Assembly (NCBI GenBank): GCA_965287045.1
Contig: OZ336883.1
Coordinates: 80,228,001 to 80,292,000 of the forward strand
Length of the DNA: 64,000 nucleotides
Reading direction: 5' to 3'
Source of the DNA: Carcharhinus amblyrhynchos
Taxonomy: Eukaryota
Position numbers and translations under genes: made by a program. Position 1 is the stretch's first letter. Every line of letters begins with the position of its first letter. Positions 38,655 through 51,050 of the stretch are shown piece after piece. Under the pieces are notes generated by a model. That model worked only from the letters and a program-made list of their open reading frames with translations, had not been told where the DNA came from and did no database searches.

Positions 38655-39990
38655 CTGATTTGATTTATTGTCACATATATTAGTAAGACTATTAGTAACA
38701 ATGAAAAGTATTGTTTCTTGTGCAATATATAGCCAAAGCATACTGTTCATAGAGGAGGAAAGGAGAGGATACAGAATGTAGTGTTATAGTCACAGCTAGT
38801 GTGTAGAGAAGGATCAACTTAGTGCAAGATAGGTCCACTCAAAAGTCTAACAGCAGCAGGGAAGAAGCTGTTCTTGAATCGGTTGGGATGTGTCCTCCGA
38901 CTTTTGTGTCTTTTTCCTGACAGAAGAAGGTGGAAGAGAGAATGCCCGGGGTGTGTGGGGTCCTTGATTATGCTGGCTGCTTTTCGGAGGCAGCGGAAAG
39001 CATAGACAGTCAATGGATGGGAAGCTGGTTTGTGTGAGGGGCTGGGCTTTGTTCATGACCCTTTGTAGTTTCTTGCAGTCTTGAACAGAGCAGGAGTTGT
39101 ATCAAGCTGTGATACAACTGGAAAGAATGCTTTCTATGGTGTATCTTTAAAAGCTGGTAAGAGTTGTAGTGGACATGCTAAATTTCATTATCCTCCTGAG
39201 AAAGTACAGGCATTGGTTGGCTTTCTTAACTATAGCATCAGCATGAGGGACCAGGACAGGTTGTTGGTGATCTGGACACCTAAAAACTTGAAGTTCTCGA
39301 CCATTTCTACTTCGTCCTCAATGATGTAGACAGGGGCATGTTCTTCTTTACGCTTCCTGAAGTTGATGACAATCTCCTTCATTTTGTTGACATTGAGGGA
39401 GAGATTATTGTTGCCGCACCAGTTCACCAGATTCTTGATCTAATTTCTGCACTTTGTCTCGTCATTGTTTGAGATCTGACCCACTGCAGAGGTGTCGTCA
39501 GCACACCTGAAGATCGAGTTGGAGGGGAATTTGGCCACACTGTCATAGGTGTATAAGGAGTATAGTAAGGGACTCAGGACACAGCCTTGTGGGGCACCGG
39601 TGTTGAGGGTGATCATGGGGGAGGTGTTGTTGCCTATCCTTACTGATCATGGTCTGTGAGTTAGGAAGTTTAGGATCCAATTGGAGATGGAGGAGCCGAG
39701 GCCCAGGTCACTGAGTTTGGAGATGAGTTTTGTACGAATGACGGTGTTGAAGGTTGAGCTGTAATCAATAAACCAGAATCTGACATTGGTGTCCTTGTTA
39801 CCTAAGTGTTCCAGAGTTGAGTGTAGGGCCAGGGAGATGGTGTCTCCTGTGGAGCTGTGGTGAACTGTAGTGGAATCTGGGCGGCTGGAATAGATCTGTG
39901 CCATGACTAACCTTTTGAAGCATTTCATAATGGATGTCAGAGCCACCAGGCGATAGTCATTAAGGCACACTGCCTGGCTTTTCTTCAGGA
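38655..39990 (-). mobile_element. Rex1/Babar LINE RT fragment to 3' end
   Basis: CLNDYRLVALTSIMKCFKRLVMA, FIDYSSTFNT, WCGNNNLSLNVNKMKEIVINFRK, FKFLGVQIT, RFKNSFFPAAVRLL. Confidence 0.85.
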
Positions 39991-40932
39991 TGATGGTTTG
40001 GTAACAAAGAGAGACAATTTCTCTGACTGGAATTTGTTATGTGTAAAACTCTTGGAATTTAGAAGTTCAGTTGTTGATTGCAATGAAGCAGCTTCATTGA
40101 TGGTAATTGTCCATTAATCAAATGGATTGTAAACATGAGCTGTGAATAGAAGAGTGGATTTGTTGGTGATGGTCTGGTTTGTCATTCCCCTTCGCTAAGT
40201 GACTACTTGCCAGTTGTAACATGTTTTGTTTGTGTAACCATTCACTGTGACTTCATTAGTCAGCATACTTGCTAATCCAGTCCATGTAGACTATACCTAC
40301 AGTTATTCAACAAAACACAATTCATGGTTTGAAATAGAATATGGATACGCCTGATTTTCCTGGTTTTGTAATTTCACCCACTTGCGTTCTATCTTAATAG
40401 CTGAAATTATTATCCACACTGGCTATCAATGCAGGCAAAAGTAAAATGCACAAAGAATGATCAATTATTTGGCCTGATAATAAAAGATTTAGAACCACAA
40501 AAGGAGCTCACAAGAGTTTATTTGTTTTGTCTGGTGCTTTGTTGTAGATAAGTGTTTAATTACAGTATTTAAGTCAGACATTAAGCTTAAATATGGATAA
40601 GACTTGCTGTAATATTGCAATCTGGGTAAAGCACTGTATGACCGACTGCCCATCATGTTGTTGACCAGCCATTAAAGCTTTGCTCCTCAGTCTCTTGCAT
40701 CATTTGACCCAATGGCCAAGCCCCTCACATTCCCTCTCTCCTCAGGTACTACACCCTGAGTGGGCATTGGTGATCATGGACTTCCATACTAACCTTGCTC
40801 TAGAGGCGTGAACCTTTTATCACTGGCAGAATAATCATCCAGTTTATGAGGCATTTTAAAATGATCCTTTTTTTGTCTTTTTTTGATCTCTTTCACCATC
40901 AATCTTTCCCCATCAGCATCAGATTTACTAAG

Positions 40933-42228
40933 GGGAGATGGTGGCATAGTGGTAATATTGGATTTAGTAATCCAGAGACCCAGGTAAAATCTCTGGAGAT
41001 GTGGGTTCAAATCCCACAGTTGGTAGAATTTACATTAAATTAATAAAAGTTGGGAACTGAAGGCTAGTGTTTAATATTGACCATAAAATGATCATTGATT
41101 GTTGCAACAACCCATCAAGTTCACCAATGCTCTTTAGGGAAGGAAATCTGACATTCTTACTGTAAGAGGAAGAACTCTAATAGGTTAGCAAGATTTTTGA
41201 ACCATTAGACATTAAGCCACTGACAGGACTACTAGCATTGGCATAACAGCTTTATGAGCTAAGAAGAAAGCAGTTTACACACAGATGAGATGCAGTAAGA
41301 GATTTAGACAAGTGATTCTGATTTTAAAACATATATGCTGATATTTTGAATATATTCATGTATTTTTTTTTGAGGTATAATATTTACTTTAGCCAAGAGC
41401 AATTTGCCACAAGGCATAATGGTAAAAGGCATTAGGGCAAAGCCATATTCTAAGAGAATATTTAGACCTTAAAAATATGCAAGATTTATCAGTAAAGTTT
41501 TAGACAGACAGAACATTTAATCATATTTCATGAATAGGGTTTCTTCACTCTCTAGTCAAAATGGATGCATGCCTAGACATGGAGTCATGTACTAATCTGG
41601 TTTGGCAGTGACGTATAAGGGAACTCATTTGAATTTTGGGCTAGTGTCTCTGGTTGCTAAGGGATACAGGAAGTGGGGTTAGCCAAGATCGGAGTTAGCT
41701 TCTGGATTCTACTGACTAATAAAATGCCATTATGCCAGAGGGTAAGATGTGGTTAACTAAGGTATGTGACAGGTATTATTGTCGATATGTGTATATTGAA
41801 GATGATGATTTAAAGTTAATGAAAGATGGGGGTAATTGACAAGAAAAACCTGTAATTGAACTGTTTTGAATTGACTATATCAGATTTCATTGGAGAGGTG
41901 TAGCTATTCTATCTCACAGCTACTCTGACTCTGAAGATTTCTCCTAGTAGCTGTTGGTTGAAGTAAGTTACATTTTTAAACTGAGACACTGACTTTGTGA
42001 GTCTGCTATTGTCTGAGATTTCTGACAGTACCATCCACCTCAGAAACCCCATCCACACTTACCCAATCTCGCCTACATGTGATTCTATATCCACAGCAAT
42101 GAGGTTGGCTCTTAACTGCCCTTGTGAAATGCCTAGTGAGCCATTCAATTCCATGGTAATTAGGGATGGGCAACAAATACTGGCCCAGCCAGCGACACCC
42201 ACATCCCCTGAAAGAATAAATAGAAAAT
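40933..42228 (+). mobile_element. Deu-SINE (SacSINE1-like) split by an LTR
   Basis: Head ggtggcatagtggtaat, B box ggttcaaatcc. Deu core tttagggaaggaaatctg...cttac resumes at 42058. Confidence 0.75.
41161..42057. mobile_element. Solo LTR (897 bp, TG...CA, 5-bp TSD CTTAC)
   Basis: cttac|TGTAAGAGG...ATCCACA|cttac. Removing it restores a continuous SINE. Confidence 0.8.
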
Positions 42229-42649
42229 CCAAATTTCTTATTCACAGAAGAATTGAAGCAGCAAGGTAAGTGATCGCCCAGGTTAAAGATTCACTTTGCA
42301 ATCCTTACTTTTTCACACACAGGTTTTACAAAATCATTTATAATATAGTACCAGTTGTGTGCTACCTCTTGCTGCAGGGAAACACCTTTAAAAAACATCA
42401 ATTCCCTTCACGGGTCATTTATCTGCAGATGACTAAATGTAGAAGGAATGACCATTATACTTCACAATGGATCTTGTTATGTGAATGGAGAAATTAAAAT
42501 TCACAGAATTATTAATAAACTGGGAAACAATTCAATGTAGAATAGTGACTTTCAGCTGAGTGTCTTTAGGATGTAATAATTCTACAATTTAGTGACACGT
42601 TATATAATCATGATTGAAGCTGTTAAAACCTGGGAATTTCAGGATGTTA

Positions 42650-42766
<117 letters not shown>

Positions 42767-42969
42767 TTATTGGAGTAGCTTTCATTAACCTCATTGTTAA
42801 AACAATATCCTCAACTCAATGAGAATCATATCGAAATTATAAACTTGTATTTAATCCTGAGATTCCAAAATGTAAGAATCTTGTGCATTGTTGTCAAATT
42901 TTGCTCATCTCCAACACTGAATAATATTTTAATGAACTCAGGGGTGCGGGAAATGTTTCACAAGTTATT

Positions 42970-43403
42970 CGCATGAGAGAAGTTCCCCAGGGTTTATCAC
43001 CAGAATAACAGCTGCTTTTGATGTAGCTAATTGATTTGGACTTGGGGGTACAGGGTACAATTTCAGATGAAATGAAACTTGAATGATCCTAAATAGCGAG
43101 GAGGATAATGATAGACTTTCAGAGAAAATTGACAGGTTGGTGAAATGGGCGGCAAATGAAATTCATGCAGAAAACTGTGGGGTGGTACATTTTGGTGGGA
43201 GGAATGTGGAAATAAAACACAAGCTAAATGGTACAGTTTGAAAGGGAGGTGCAAGAACAGAGAGACCTGGGATTGTTTATACAGGAAGCTTTGAAGGTAC
43301 AGGACAGGTTAACAAATCACTTGGTGAACTATATAGGATCCTGGGCTTATAAACAGAATGCGCAGAGTACAAAAGCCACATGTTTTATTGACCTATATAA
43401 AAA
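42970..43403 (+). mobile_element. Old CR1 RT remnant
   Basis: Degenerate PQG...tggtgaaatgggc...gaacagagagacctggga motifs. Confidence 0.55.
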
Positions 43404-43797
43404 AGCTGGTGGGGATTTTGTAAGCTGTAAGAGTGGAAATGCGGGAGGTCGGTTGACAGCTGGAGCTGAAATTTGGCTTTTCCAATTGGGGCATAAATTT
43501 AGGGATGAACTCAGTGACGTGTTTGTGGCAGGTGAGGCCTCACAATGTCCTGTGGGGGATTCCTACTCATCAAACATTCACATGTCATGAAAACTTGTGA
43601 AAACTTTTTGCAATTGTCTCCTACCTTTCTGATAAAATCAGCGATGCTCGAGAATCCCACAGCACCTGGTTCACATCACTTTAAAGGTGTGACTTTGTGT
43701 TGCTGTGTCAGAATGCAATCATTTTCCTTGTTGAGTGGTGAGGTGAAAGAATGGGAGTGGGAGAATTGCAATTTGCACGGAGGCTGGGAAAAGCAGG

Positions 43798-45149
43798 GGT
43801 GAGCAGTGTGGGGGGACAGTGTGGAGTCAGGCTGAGGTAGGGAGGAGTGAGCAGTGTGGGGGGGGACAGTGTGGAGTCAGGCTGAGGTAGGGAGGAGTGA
43901 GCAGTGTGGGGGGGACAGTGTGGATTCAGGCTGAGGTAGGGAGGAGTGAGCAGTGTGGGGGGGACAGTGTGGATTCAGGCTGAGGTAGGGAGGAGTGAGC
44001 AGTGTGGGGGGGACAGTGTGGATTCAGGCTGAGGTAGGGAGGAGTGAGCAGTGTGGGGGGGGGACAGTGTGGAGTCAGGCTGAGGTAGGGAGGAGTGAGC
44101 AGTGTGGGGGGGACAGTGTGGATTCAGGCTGAGGTAGGGAGGAGTGAGCAGTGTGGGGGGGGACAGTGTGGATTCAGGCTGAGGTAGGGAAGGGTGAGCA
44201 GTGTGGGGGGGGGACAGTGTGGAGTCAGGCTGAGGTAGGGAGGAGTGAGCAGTGTGGGGGGGGACAGTGTGGAGTCAGGCTGAGGTAGGGAAGGGTGAGC
44301 AGTGTGGGGGGGGACAGTGTGGAGTCAGGCTGAGGTAGGGAAGGGTGAGCAGTGTGGGGGGGGGACAGTGTGGAGTCAGGCTGAGGTAGGGAAGGGTGAG
44401 CAGTGTGGGGGGGGACAGTGTGGAGTCAGGCTGAGGTAGGGAAGGGTGAGCAGTGTGGGGGGGGGACAGTGTGGAGTCAGGCTGAGGTAGGGAAGGGTGA
44501 GCAGTGTGGGGGGGGGACAGTGTGGAGTCAGGCTGAGGTAGGGAGGAGTGAGCAGTGTGGGGGGACAGTGTGGAGTCAGGCTGAGGTAGGGAAGGGTGAG
44601 CAGTGTGGGGGGGGGACAGTGTGGAGTCAGGCTGAGGTAGGGAGGAGTGAGCAGTGTGGGGGGACAGTGTGGAGTCAGGCTGAGGTAGGGAAGGGTGAGC
44701 AGTGTGGGGGGGGACAGTGTGGATTCAGGCTGAGGTAGGGAAGGGTGAGCAGTGTGGGGGGGGACAGTGTGGATTCAGGCTGAGGTAGGGAAGGGTGAGC
44801 AGTGTGGGGGGGGACAGTGTGGAGTCAGGCTGAGGTAGGGAGGAGTGAGCAGTGTGGGGGGGGACAGTGTGGAGTCAGGCTGAGGTAGGGAAGGGTGAGC
44901 AGTGTGGGGGGGGGGAACAGTGTGGAGTCAGGCTGAGGTAGGGAAGGGTGAGCAGTGTGGGGGGGGACAGTGTGGATTCAGGCTGAGGTAGGGAAGGGTG
45001 AGCAGTGTGGGGGGGGACAGTGTGGAGTCAGGCTGAGGTAGGGAAGGGTGAGCAGTGTGGGGGGGGGACAGTGTGGAGTCAGGCTGAGGTAGGGAGGAGT
45101 GAGCAGTGTGGGGGGACAGTGTGGATTCAGGCTGAGGTAGGGAGGAGTG
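43798..45149 (+). repeat. ~48-51-bp G-rich minisatellite, about 27 copies
   Basis: Unit GAGCAGTGT(G)nACAGTGTGGAKTCAGGCTGAGGTAGGGARGRGT, nearly homogeneous. Confidence 0.97.
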
Positions 45150-46145
45150 ATATGGAAAGGGCCTGTTGTCCTGGGTGTCGGGGGTTGGTGATAATGATTG
45201 TCAGTCAAGATAAATGAGGGGCCTTTAGGGCAGTGACAATACTTTGCACATGTGGGCCTATCTCAGGGCATTGGTTGGCTTAATCCTTACAGCGCTTTGA
45301 GTTCATCTGCAACATTTTAATTACCCTGTCTGAGAGTTGCTTCTAACGATCTCATTTATGATGCATAGAAGGGGTTAGGTTTAGCTTTAGAATTTGGATT
45401 TTTTTAGGATTAGGTTCAGCCACATCCCACACAGCAGTGAAGACAAGACTGGACACTAACATTGACATTTAATAAAATGTGAAAGCAGAAACACAACACT
45501 GTTTCCTCCACAAGAGAGAAATGTACTTACTCCCTGTAATAATCAATACACGTTGGCCGCGAGTGTGCCTGTACACTTAACTCTCTGAGTAAGTTTGTCT
45601 CAACAAATAATGCTAGCACACACATCAATAAAGTGAAACTGATTTAAGATGAAACATTCCCAAGTGAATTTTAAATGTGAAAAACAGCTGTGTCACCTCA
45701 ATAATGTGCTCTCAATAAGTCTCATGTCAATGGAATGGAGTGGGGTGCATGGTCCCAGCAGCGAGGGGTTACTGAGACAGGAATAGACTAGAGAAGGCAG
45801 CATCCTTTTCCTTACAGCAGAGAGAATGTTGAGGTGACAGAGATGTTTAAAATCATGAAGGATTTAATCAAGTAAATAAAGAGAAACTGTTTCGATTGAG
45901 TAAGGAGTTAATGCTAGGGAGTAACAAGGTGATTGGTAAAGGAATTAGAGGCGGTATGAGGATTAATGTTTTTATGTAGTGTGTTAGGATTTGAGCACAC
46001 TGCCTGCTAGGGTTTTTGGAATTGATACAATAGCAGCTTTCAAAACAGAATTAGATAAATATTTGAAAGACTTAAAAATATTAAGATTATAGGGATAGAT
46101 TGGAGGAGTGGGATGAATGAGATTGTTCTCTGGAAGTGTTGGTGT

Positions 46146-46243
46146 AAACACAGTAAGAATTCTCACAACACCAGGGTAAAGTCCGACAGGTTTATTTGGT
46201 AGCAAAAGCCACTAGCTTTCGGAGCACTGGCCCTTCATCAGAT
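46146..46243 (-). mobile_element. Penelope-type terminal-repeat fragment with hammerhead core, inside an old CR1 tail (~45780-46290)
   Basis: Minus strand CTGATGA-aGGGCcagtGCTCc-GAAA-GC-TA-GTG. Same family as 31838. ttggtgta flanks both sides. Confidence 0.7.
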
Positions 46244-47371
46244 TTGGTGTAGACAGAATGGTCAGAATGAGCTGCTCCATTAGTCTGTTTCTTAACTTGA
46301 ACTTAAATAAAAATATATTCAAACTTTTCTTAAGATTAAGAGAAAGGAGAAACAATCAAATATATAAATGAGCATTTTTATAAAGGGCGAGATGACCTTG
46401 TCAGAAAAGTTGGACTTTTTAAATAAGCAGCTATTGGCTGAAACCCTACCGCCTTTCCCACTCTGGAATTGGGGCGGCCGAGATTACCAGGACAGAAAGC
46501 TCCATTGGCTCGAGCGAGGCTATAAAATCCCACCCATGTTTCATCAGTAAATTATGAATGGATATCACTGTTGCTGCTCCTGTGCCTTCGTACTAAGATA
46601 ACAAACAAAGCTGATATAGTTTGAAGGGTTCTGTTTAGTTGCATTTCTCTACACTTGTGCGATCAGCTGGAAATGTAATGGAGAGATGTGAAGCAGACAT
46701 TTATATTTAATCTGTTAAAATCATTACACAATTCACTGAAAACAGCATCACTCCTGAGTGTTAAAATCATTCTTACCCATCAAATATAAATAACTGTTTG
46801 ACATTTGGCTACGATATACACTCACATCACCCTCATCACATTCTGTGATGTAAAAAACATCTTTTTCAAGTTAAAATTATTATTGATAAAATGACGAGAG
46901 AGAAACAGTGTGACTCATTTCTGAAAGAGCGTTGATGCCTTTTAGAGAGATGGTAATTTTGATGATAAATCTTTTCCACAACCATTTGAAATTGGCTGTT
47001 AATTTTTTCCAGAAGGTTTAATTTAGTAACCAGTAGCTTCCTTGGTCCTCCAGCATGACCAGGAGCAGGGCCATTCCAGGAACTAAAGACCAATAGCCTG
47101 GAAGCCAGACGGGGTCATTCTGGGATGAGGGTAATGGGGGCTGGGGGGGTGGTGGAATTGCAGGGGAATATTTTGGAAGAGGCCTGTGATTGGCAAAGGG
47201 GGCCCAATAAGGGAAGTAGACCCATTCCCCTCCCCCATCCCCACAAGATCGCCAGATGTTACTTGGTGGTCAGGCCACTTGGCATCAGCCTCATTTACTG
47301 AGTGAAAGACAACCCCAATAGGGAATACATAAAGTGTCACTGCCACAATTTTCCTTGCTTCCCCACCTAAT

Positions 47372-47683
47372 GGGGCGGCGCAGCAGCACAGTGGTTAGCA
47401 CTGCTGCCTCACAGAGCCAGGGAACCGGATTCGATTCCTGGCTTGGGTCACTGTCTGTGCAAAGTCTGCACTTTCTCCCCGTGTCTGCGTGGGTTTCCTC
47501 CGGGTGCTCCGGTTTTCTCCCACAGTCTGAAAGCCGTGCTGGTTAGGGTGCATTGGCCGTGTTTAAATTCTCTCTCAATGTACCCAAACAGGTGCTGGAG
47601 TCTGGCGACTAGGGGATTTTCACAATAACTTCATTGCAGTGTTAATGTAAGCCTACTTGTGGCACTAATAAATAAACTTTAAA
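47372..47683 (+). mobile_element. Full-length V-SINE with type B tail
   Basis: gggcggcgcagcagcacagtggttagcactgctgcctcacag...gtaagcctacttgtggcactaataaataaacttt. Confidence 0.9.
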
Positions 47684-48203
47684 AACATCCCTGTGTGGGA
47701 GTAAAATTCTGGTCTTGCTCTTCAGTGTGTCTACATAAAGATAATAGATTGCAGCTCGACATGAGTTTCAGATAGTTTGCTATTTACTTTTTAGCTCCTC
47801 TTTTTTCCCCATTCACAACTGGCCTGTGAACAGACCTGTCTGTACTGGAATGATTTCAGTTGCATGTCCTCTGAGAGTGAGTGAACATTTCCAGCTGAGC
47901 GAGACTGCCTGTGTACAACAGGCTGGGATTACAGAGGCTGTGGGTTACGAAGGGCTAACCGTTAGCTACTCCTGAATTGGACCAATCCATGATCATGTCT
48001 ATTTTGTATTCTGTAAAAGGCCAGTGATTGGTGCTGCCAGAATCGATGTTCTTTTACACAGACTGGACAAAGGGACTGGACAGCACGGGGGAGAAATAAC
48101 TGTCTGAAACGTGACAATGTGACGGTGTCCTTAACCTTCAGTGATGGGATTGATTCCAGTTAGTGATTAATAAGCTCCCTTTCTCTGCTGCAACAATACT
48201 CAC

Positions 48204-48256
48204 CACGTTCTCCTGGATCTGGCAGTTTGAAACTGAAATGCTGATGGACACATCTC
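48204..48256 (-). CDS. PRKD1: PRKD1 coding exon, PH-kinase linker
   Basis: (R)DVSISISVSNCQIQENV. Acceptor tttgtcag, donor gtgag, 53 nt. Confidence 0.95.
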
Positions 48257-48933
48257 CTGACAAAGAGAATACAACTGAATTTACCACCTGTGAAATGTCA
48301 TGTAATGTTTGTGCTTCATTAAAACAGGAAACACTCTGCAGGTCAGGAGGTTTCTCCATCCGTCAATGTTACTGGACCAGTGAGTAATTTTATTTCACAT
48401 TTTTGACACCGGAGCCCAGCATTAAAACATCCCAGCAGCTGAGTAAGGGAAGGTGTGACGTCCTGAGGCCCCAGACACTCACAGACTGCTGGGGATCAGG
48501 AGCCACTCAGGTCCGTGCTGATAATGGCCCTCTGATCACAAGCCAGCTGGAAATTCGGGGAAACTGGACCAGAGGTGCAGCTTTGCTTGGATTACTGTAA
48601 AGGGGTCCAGTGACCTTCTCTTATTGACCACCCTCCCTCTGTGGTGCTGCCTTTTGTTAGCCTTGCTGCCTCTGTTGTTGACTGTGTGAATCCCCCTTTA
48701 TCAGATCCTCTCCTTTTACTGCTGAAGTTCTGGGAATGATGGGTGCATGAGACCCATTGGTATTCCATTAAATAAACTGTTTGGGCAATGCAGACAGTGA
48801 TATGAGAACCTGTGTGTTTATGAGTTACATCCACACAGATGTAGAGTCCTGAGATTTTCTACTCTCATTGTCCAAACTCAAAGCTTCACTGACTGACCCC
48901 ACATTGGCCTCTTCCCACTTGCATCTACATTTA

Positions 48934-49408
48934 TAGAATCATGGAATCCCTACATTTTCCTTAATTTAGCCCATCATCAAGGAGTCTCCATTGGCCTTTT
49001 ATAACTGCAATAGGTCGTAATTTAATAGCTTTTTTGCTGATCCCTGCATCGTGATGAGTATTCACAACTTTGGTTATGTTCTTGTAGGATTTGGGAGTTT
49101 CTAGTTTGGGTGAAGCAACACGAGTAGCATTTCCCATTTGACCCATTGAGTCTGAGCTGACCACAATCCCGCACAGTCCCAAAACCCACATATTTACCCT
49201 GCTAATCTCCCTGACACAATTTATCATGGCCTATCCACATAACCTGCATATTTTGGCTGTGGGAGGAAACCAGAGCGGCCGGAGGAAACCCACGCAGACA
49301 TGGGGAGAAAGTGCAGATTCTGCACAGATAGTGCCCAAGTTGGGAATCGAGCCCGGATCCCTGGCACTGTGAGGCAGCAATGCTAACCATTGGGCCACCA
49401 TGCCACCC
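48934..49408 (-). mobile_element. V-SINE (CR1-type tail) interrupted by the RTCB fragment
   Basis: Body 49408-49134; the terminal tgtagggattccatgattcta is at 48954-48934. Confidence 0.85.
48955..49137 (-). pseudogene. RTCB: RTCB (tRNA-splicing RNA ligase) 3'-end fragment embedded in a V-SINE
   Basis: 49137-48994 translates to [48 protein letters not shown]. This matches the recalled vertebrate RTCB C-terminus [54 protein letters not shown] sits at the expected stop position. Confidence 0.88.
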
Positions 49409-49810
49409 TAACACCTCTTGACAGCTACAAGTAAGTTTTGGAAAAAGCCATTTTCAATGTATGAGTGACCCTGGAATCGTGGCCCTTCACCACCCGCTGG
49501 TCACCATTGACTATGTCCCCATTGCCAATGACCATTCCAATATCACTCAGCACCTGTAACCCGTGAAGTTTCACTCGTCACCTTTGACCCTGTCATTGGG
49601 GAAGTGGAAATACTGACCTGAATTCTCTGGTTGTTCACAACCCACTGTCACTGTCAGTGAAAATGGAGAACCTCCGTTCACTGCAGCGGGACTGGAGAAT
49701 CCCAGCCACGGGCAAAGTGAATCCAGCGAACATCACTACCCCCATGAGCCTACCCATGGACAGAGTCCCTCTGATCCAAGATTCCCCACATCACATCCTG
49801 GCATAGGGTA

Positions 49811-49852
49811 CCCCCCCCCCCCCCCCCCCCCGCCCCCCCCCCGCCCCCCCCC
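49811..49852 (+). repeat. Poly-C tract within MITE-like sequence
   Basis: Directly visible. Confidence 0.85.
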
Positions 49853-50055
49853 GGTAATCTGAACCCACCATCAATTGGAAATTTCAGCTCCAACACAATG
49901 GATTTTCCTGTCACTTTCCCCAGAGTCACAGTTAAATTCCCTGTGATGTTTTGCTTTTTCTTGTGTACATATATGGGAGGGAAAAGGTTTCTACTATTCA
50001 CAGTGAGGGTTTTCTTTATTTAAGATTTAAAAGATGTTTGAATTGGATGATTTCC

Positions 50056-50227
50056 TAGAAACCTAGAAACTAGAAGCAGGAGTAGACCATTCGGCCCTTC
50101 AATCCTACCCCACCATTCGTTACGATCATGGCTGATCATCAAATTCAATATCCTGATCCCCCTTCCTCCCATTTCACTCGATCCCTTTAGCCCCAAGAGC
50201 TATAACTAGAGAAACATAGAAACTAGA
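50056..50227 (-). mobile_element. CR1 3' tail fragment abutting a PRKD1 splice donor
   Basis: tagaaacctagaaactagaagcaggagtagaccattcggcccttc; ends about 25 nt from the donor at 50253. Confidence 0.75.
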
Positions 50228-50253
50228 GGTTTCAGATGATCAATCTCACTTAC

Positions 50254-50533
50254 TGTGCAGGCTGTGTGCTGATCCTGAAGATGAACCTTTTGGAATGACT
50301 GGCATTAAGGCATGGTGAATGGCCAACTCCCACATCTGGGCAACGTCCAACCCAGTGCCACCTGTCGGCACACCGTTGTTTTTGGGTGAACTCAAATGAT
50401 TGGTTGGGTTTTCACCAACAAAATAGACCACACTGGCAGTGGTAATTTCAAAGCAGTGAGGGTTGGCTCCAGCAGGTAATAAATTAAAGTTTTTTCCGGG
50501 TTCCAGAGATAAAATTTCAGAAAGTGGAATTTC
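50254..50533 (-). CDS. PRKD1: PRKD1 coding exon, PH domain
   Basis: [12 protein letters not shown]...[18 protein letters not shown]...[18 protein letters not shown]...SLH. Acceptor ttgcag, donor gtaagt, 280 nt. Confidence 0.96.
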
Positions 50534-50752
50534 CTGCAATTCAAAACATTTGCTTTTTTATTTTGTGCATAAAGAAAATCACCTCATAGTCAGGAGTGTG
50601 TCAAGGTAAGCAAGGTGTTATAGTGAGATCAGAGATTATGCAAATAAGGATTAGTAAGTTATAATTTTGTAATAATTAAGTATCTGAATTTTTCTCCTTC
50701 CCTTTCTCTATTCCTTCCCGAAGGCAGGGGCTGATGATTGGATCCAGTTTCA

Positions 50753-51050
50753 TAAAGAACAAAGAACAGCACAGCACAGGAACAGGCCCTCAGCCCCTCC
50801 AAGCCTGCGCCGCTCATGCACCCAACTCGACCATTTGTTTGTATCCCTCTATTCCCAGTCTGTTCATGTGGCTATCTAGATAAGTCTTAAACGATCGCAG
50901 CCTCTATGCTTATTGACCTATTGTTTTGATCCCCACCCCCCGCCACATTAGTTTAAACCTACCCGAACCACACTAGCAAAACTCCCAGCCAGGATATTCG
51001 TGCCCCTCCAGTTTAGGTGTAACCCGTCCTTCTTGTACAGGTGCCATCCT
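50753..51050 (-). mobile_element. CR1 tail plus ORF1-end fragment
   Basis: aaagaacaaagaacagcacagcacaggaacaggccc tail; downstream minus strand reads LYKKDGLHLNWRGTNILAGSFASV (ORF1 esterase end). Confidence 0.7.

Noticed and set aside
40604-40622. Minus-strand IAILQ resembling the end of a PRKD1 exon
   Set aside because: No GT donor and no upstream similarity; the real exon is 36855-36961.
43798-45149. Regular arrays (also 56167-56889 and 57178-58296) as CRISPR-like
   Set aside because: They are head-to-tail tandem units with no unique spacers and no cas genes, in a vertebrate intron.
47372-47442. tRNA-like A/B-box sequences as tRNA genes
   Set aside because: Each continues into a SINE core and tail, so they are SINE heads.
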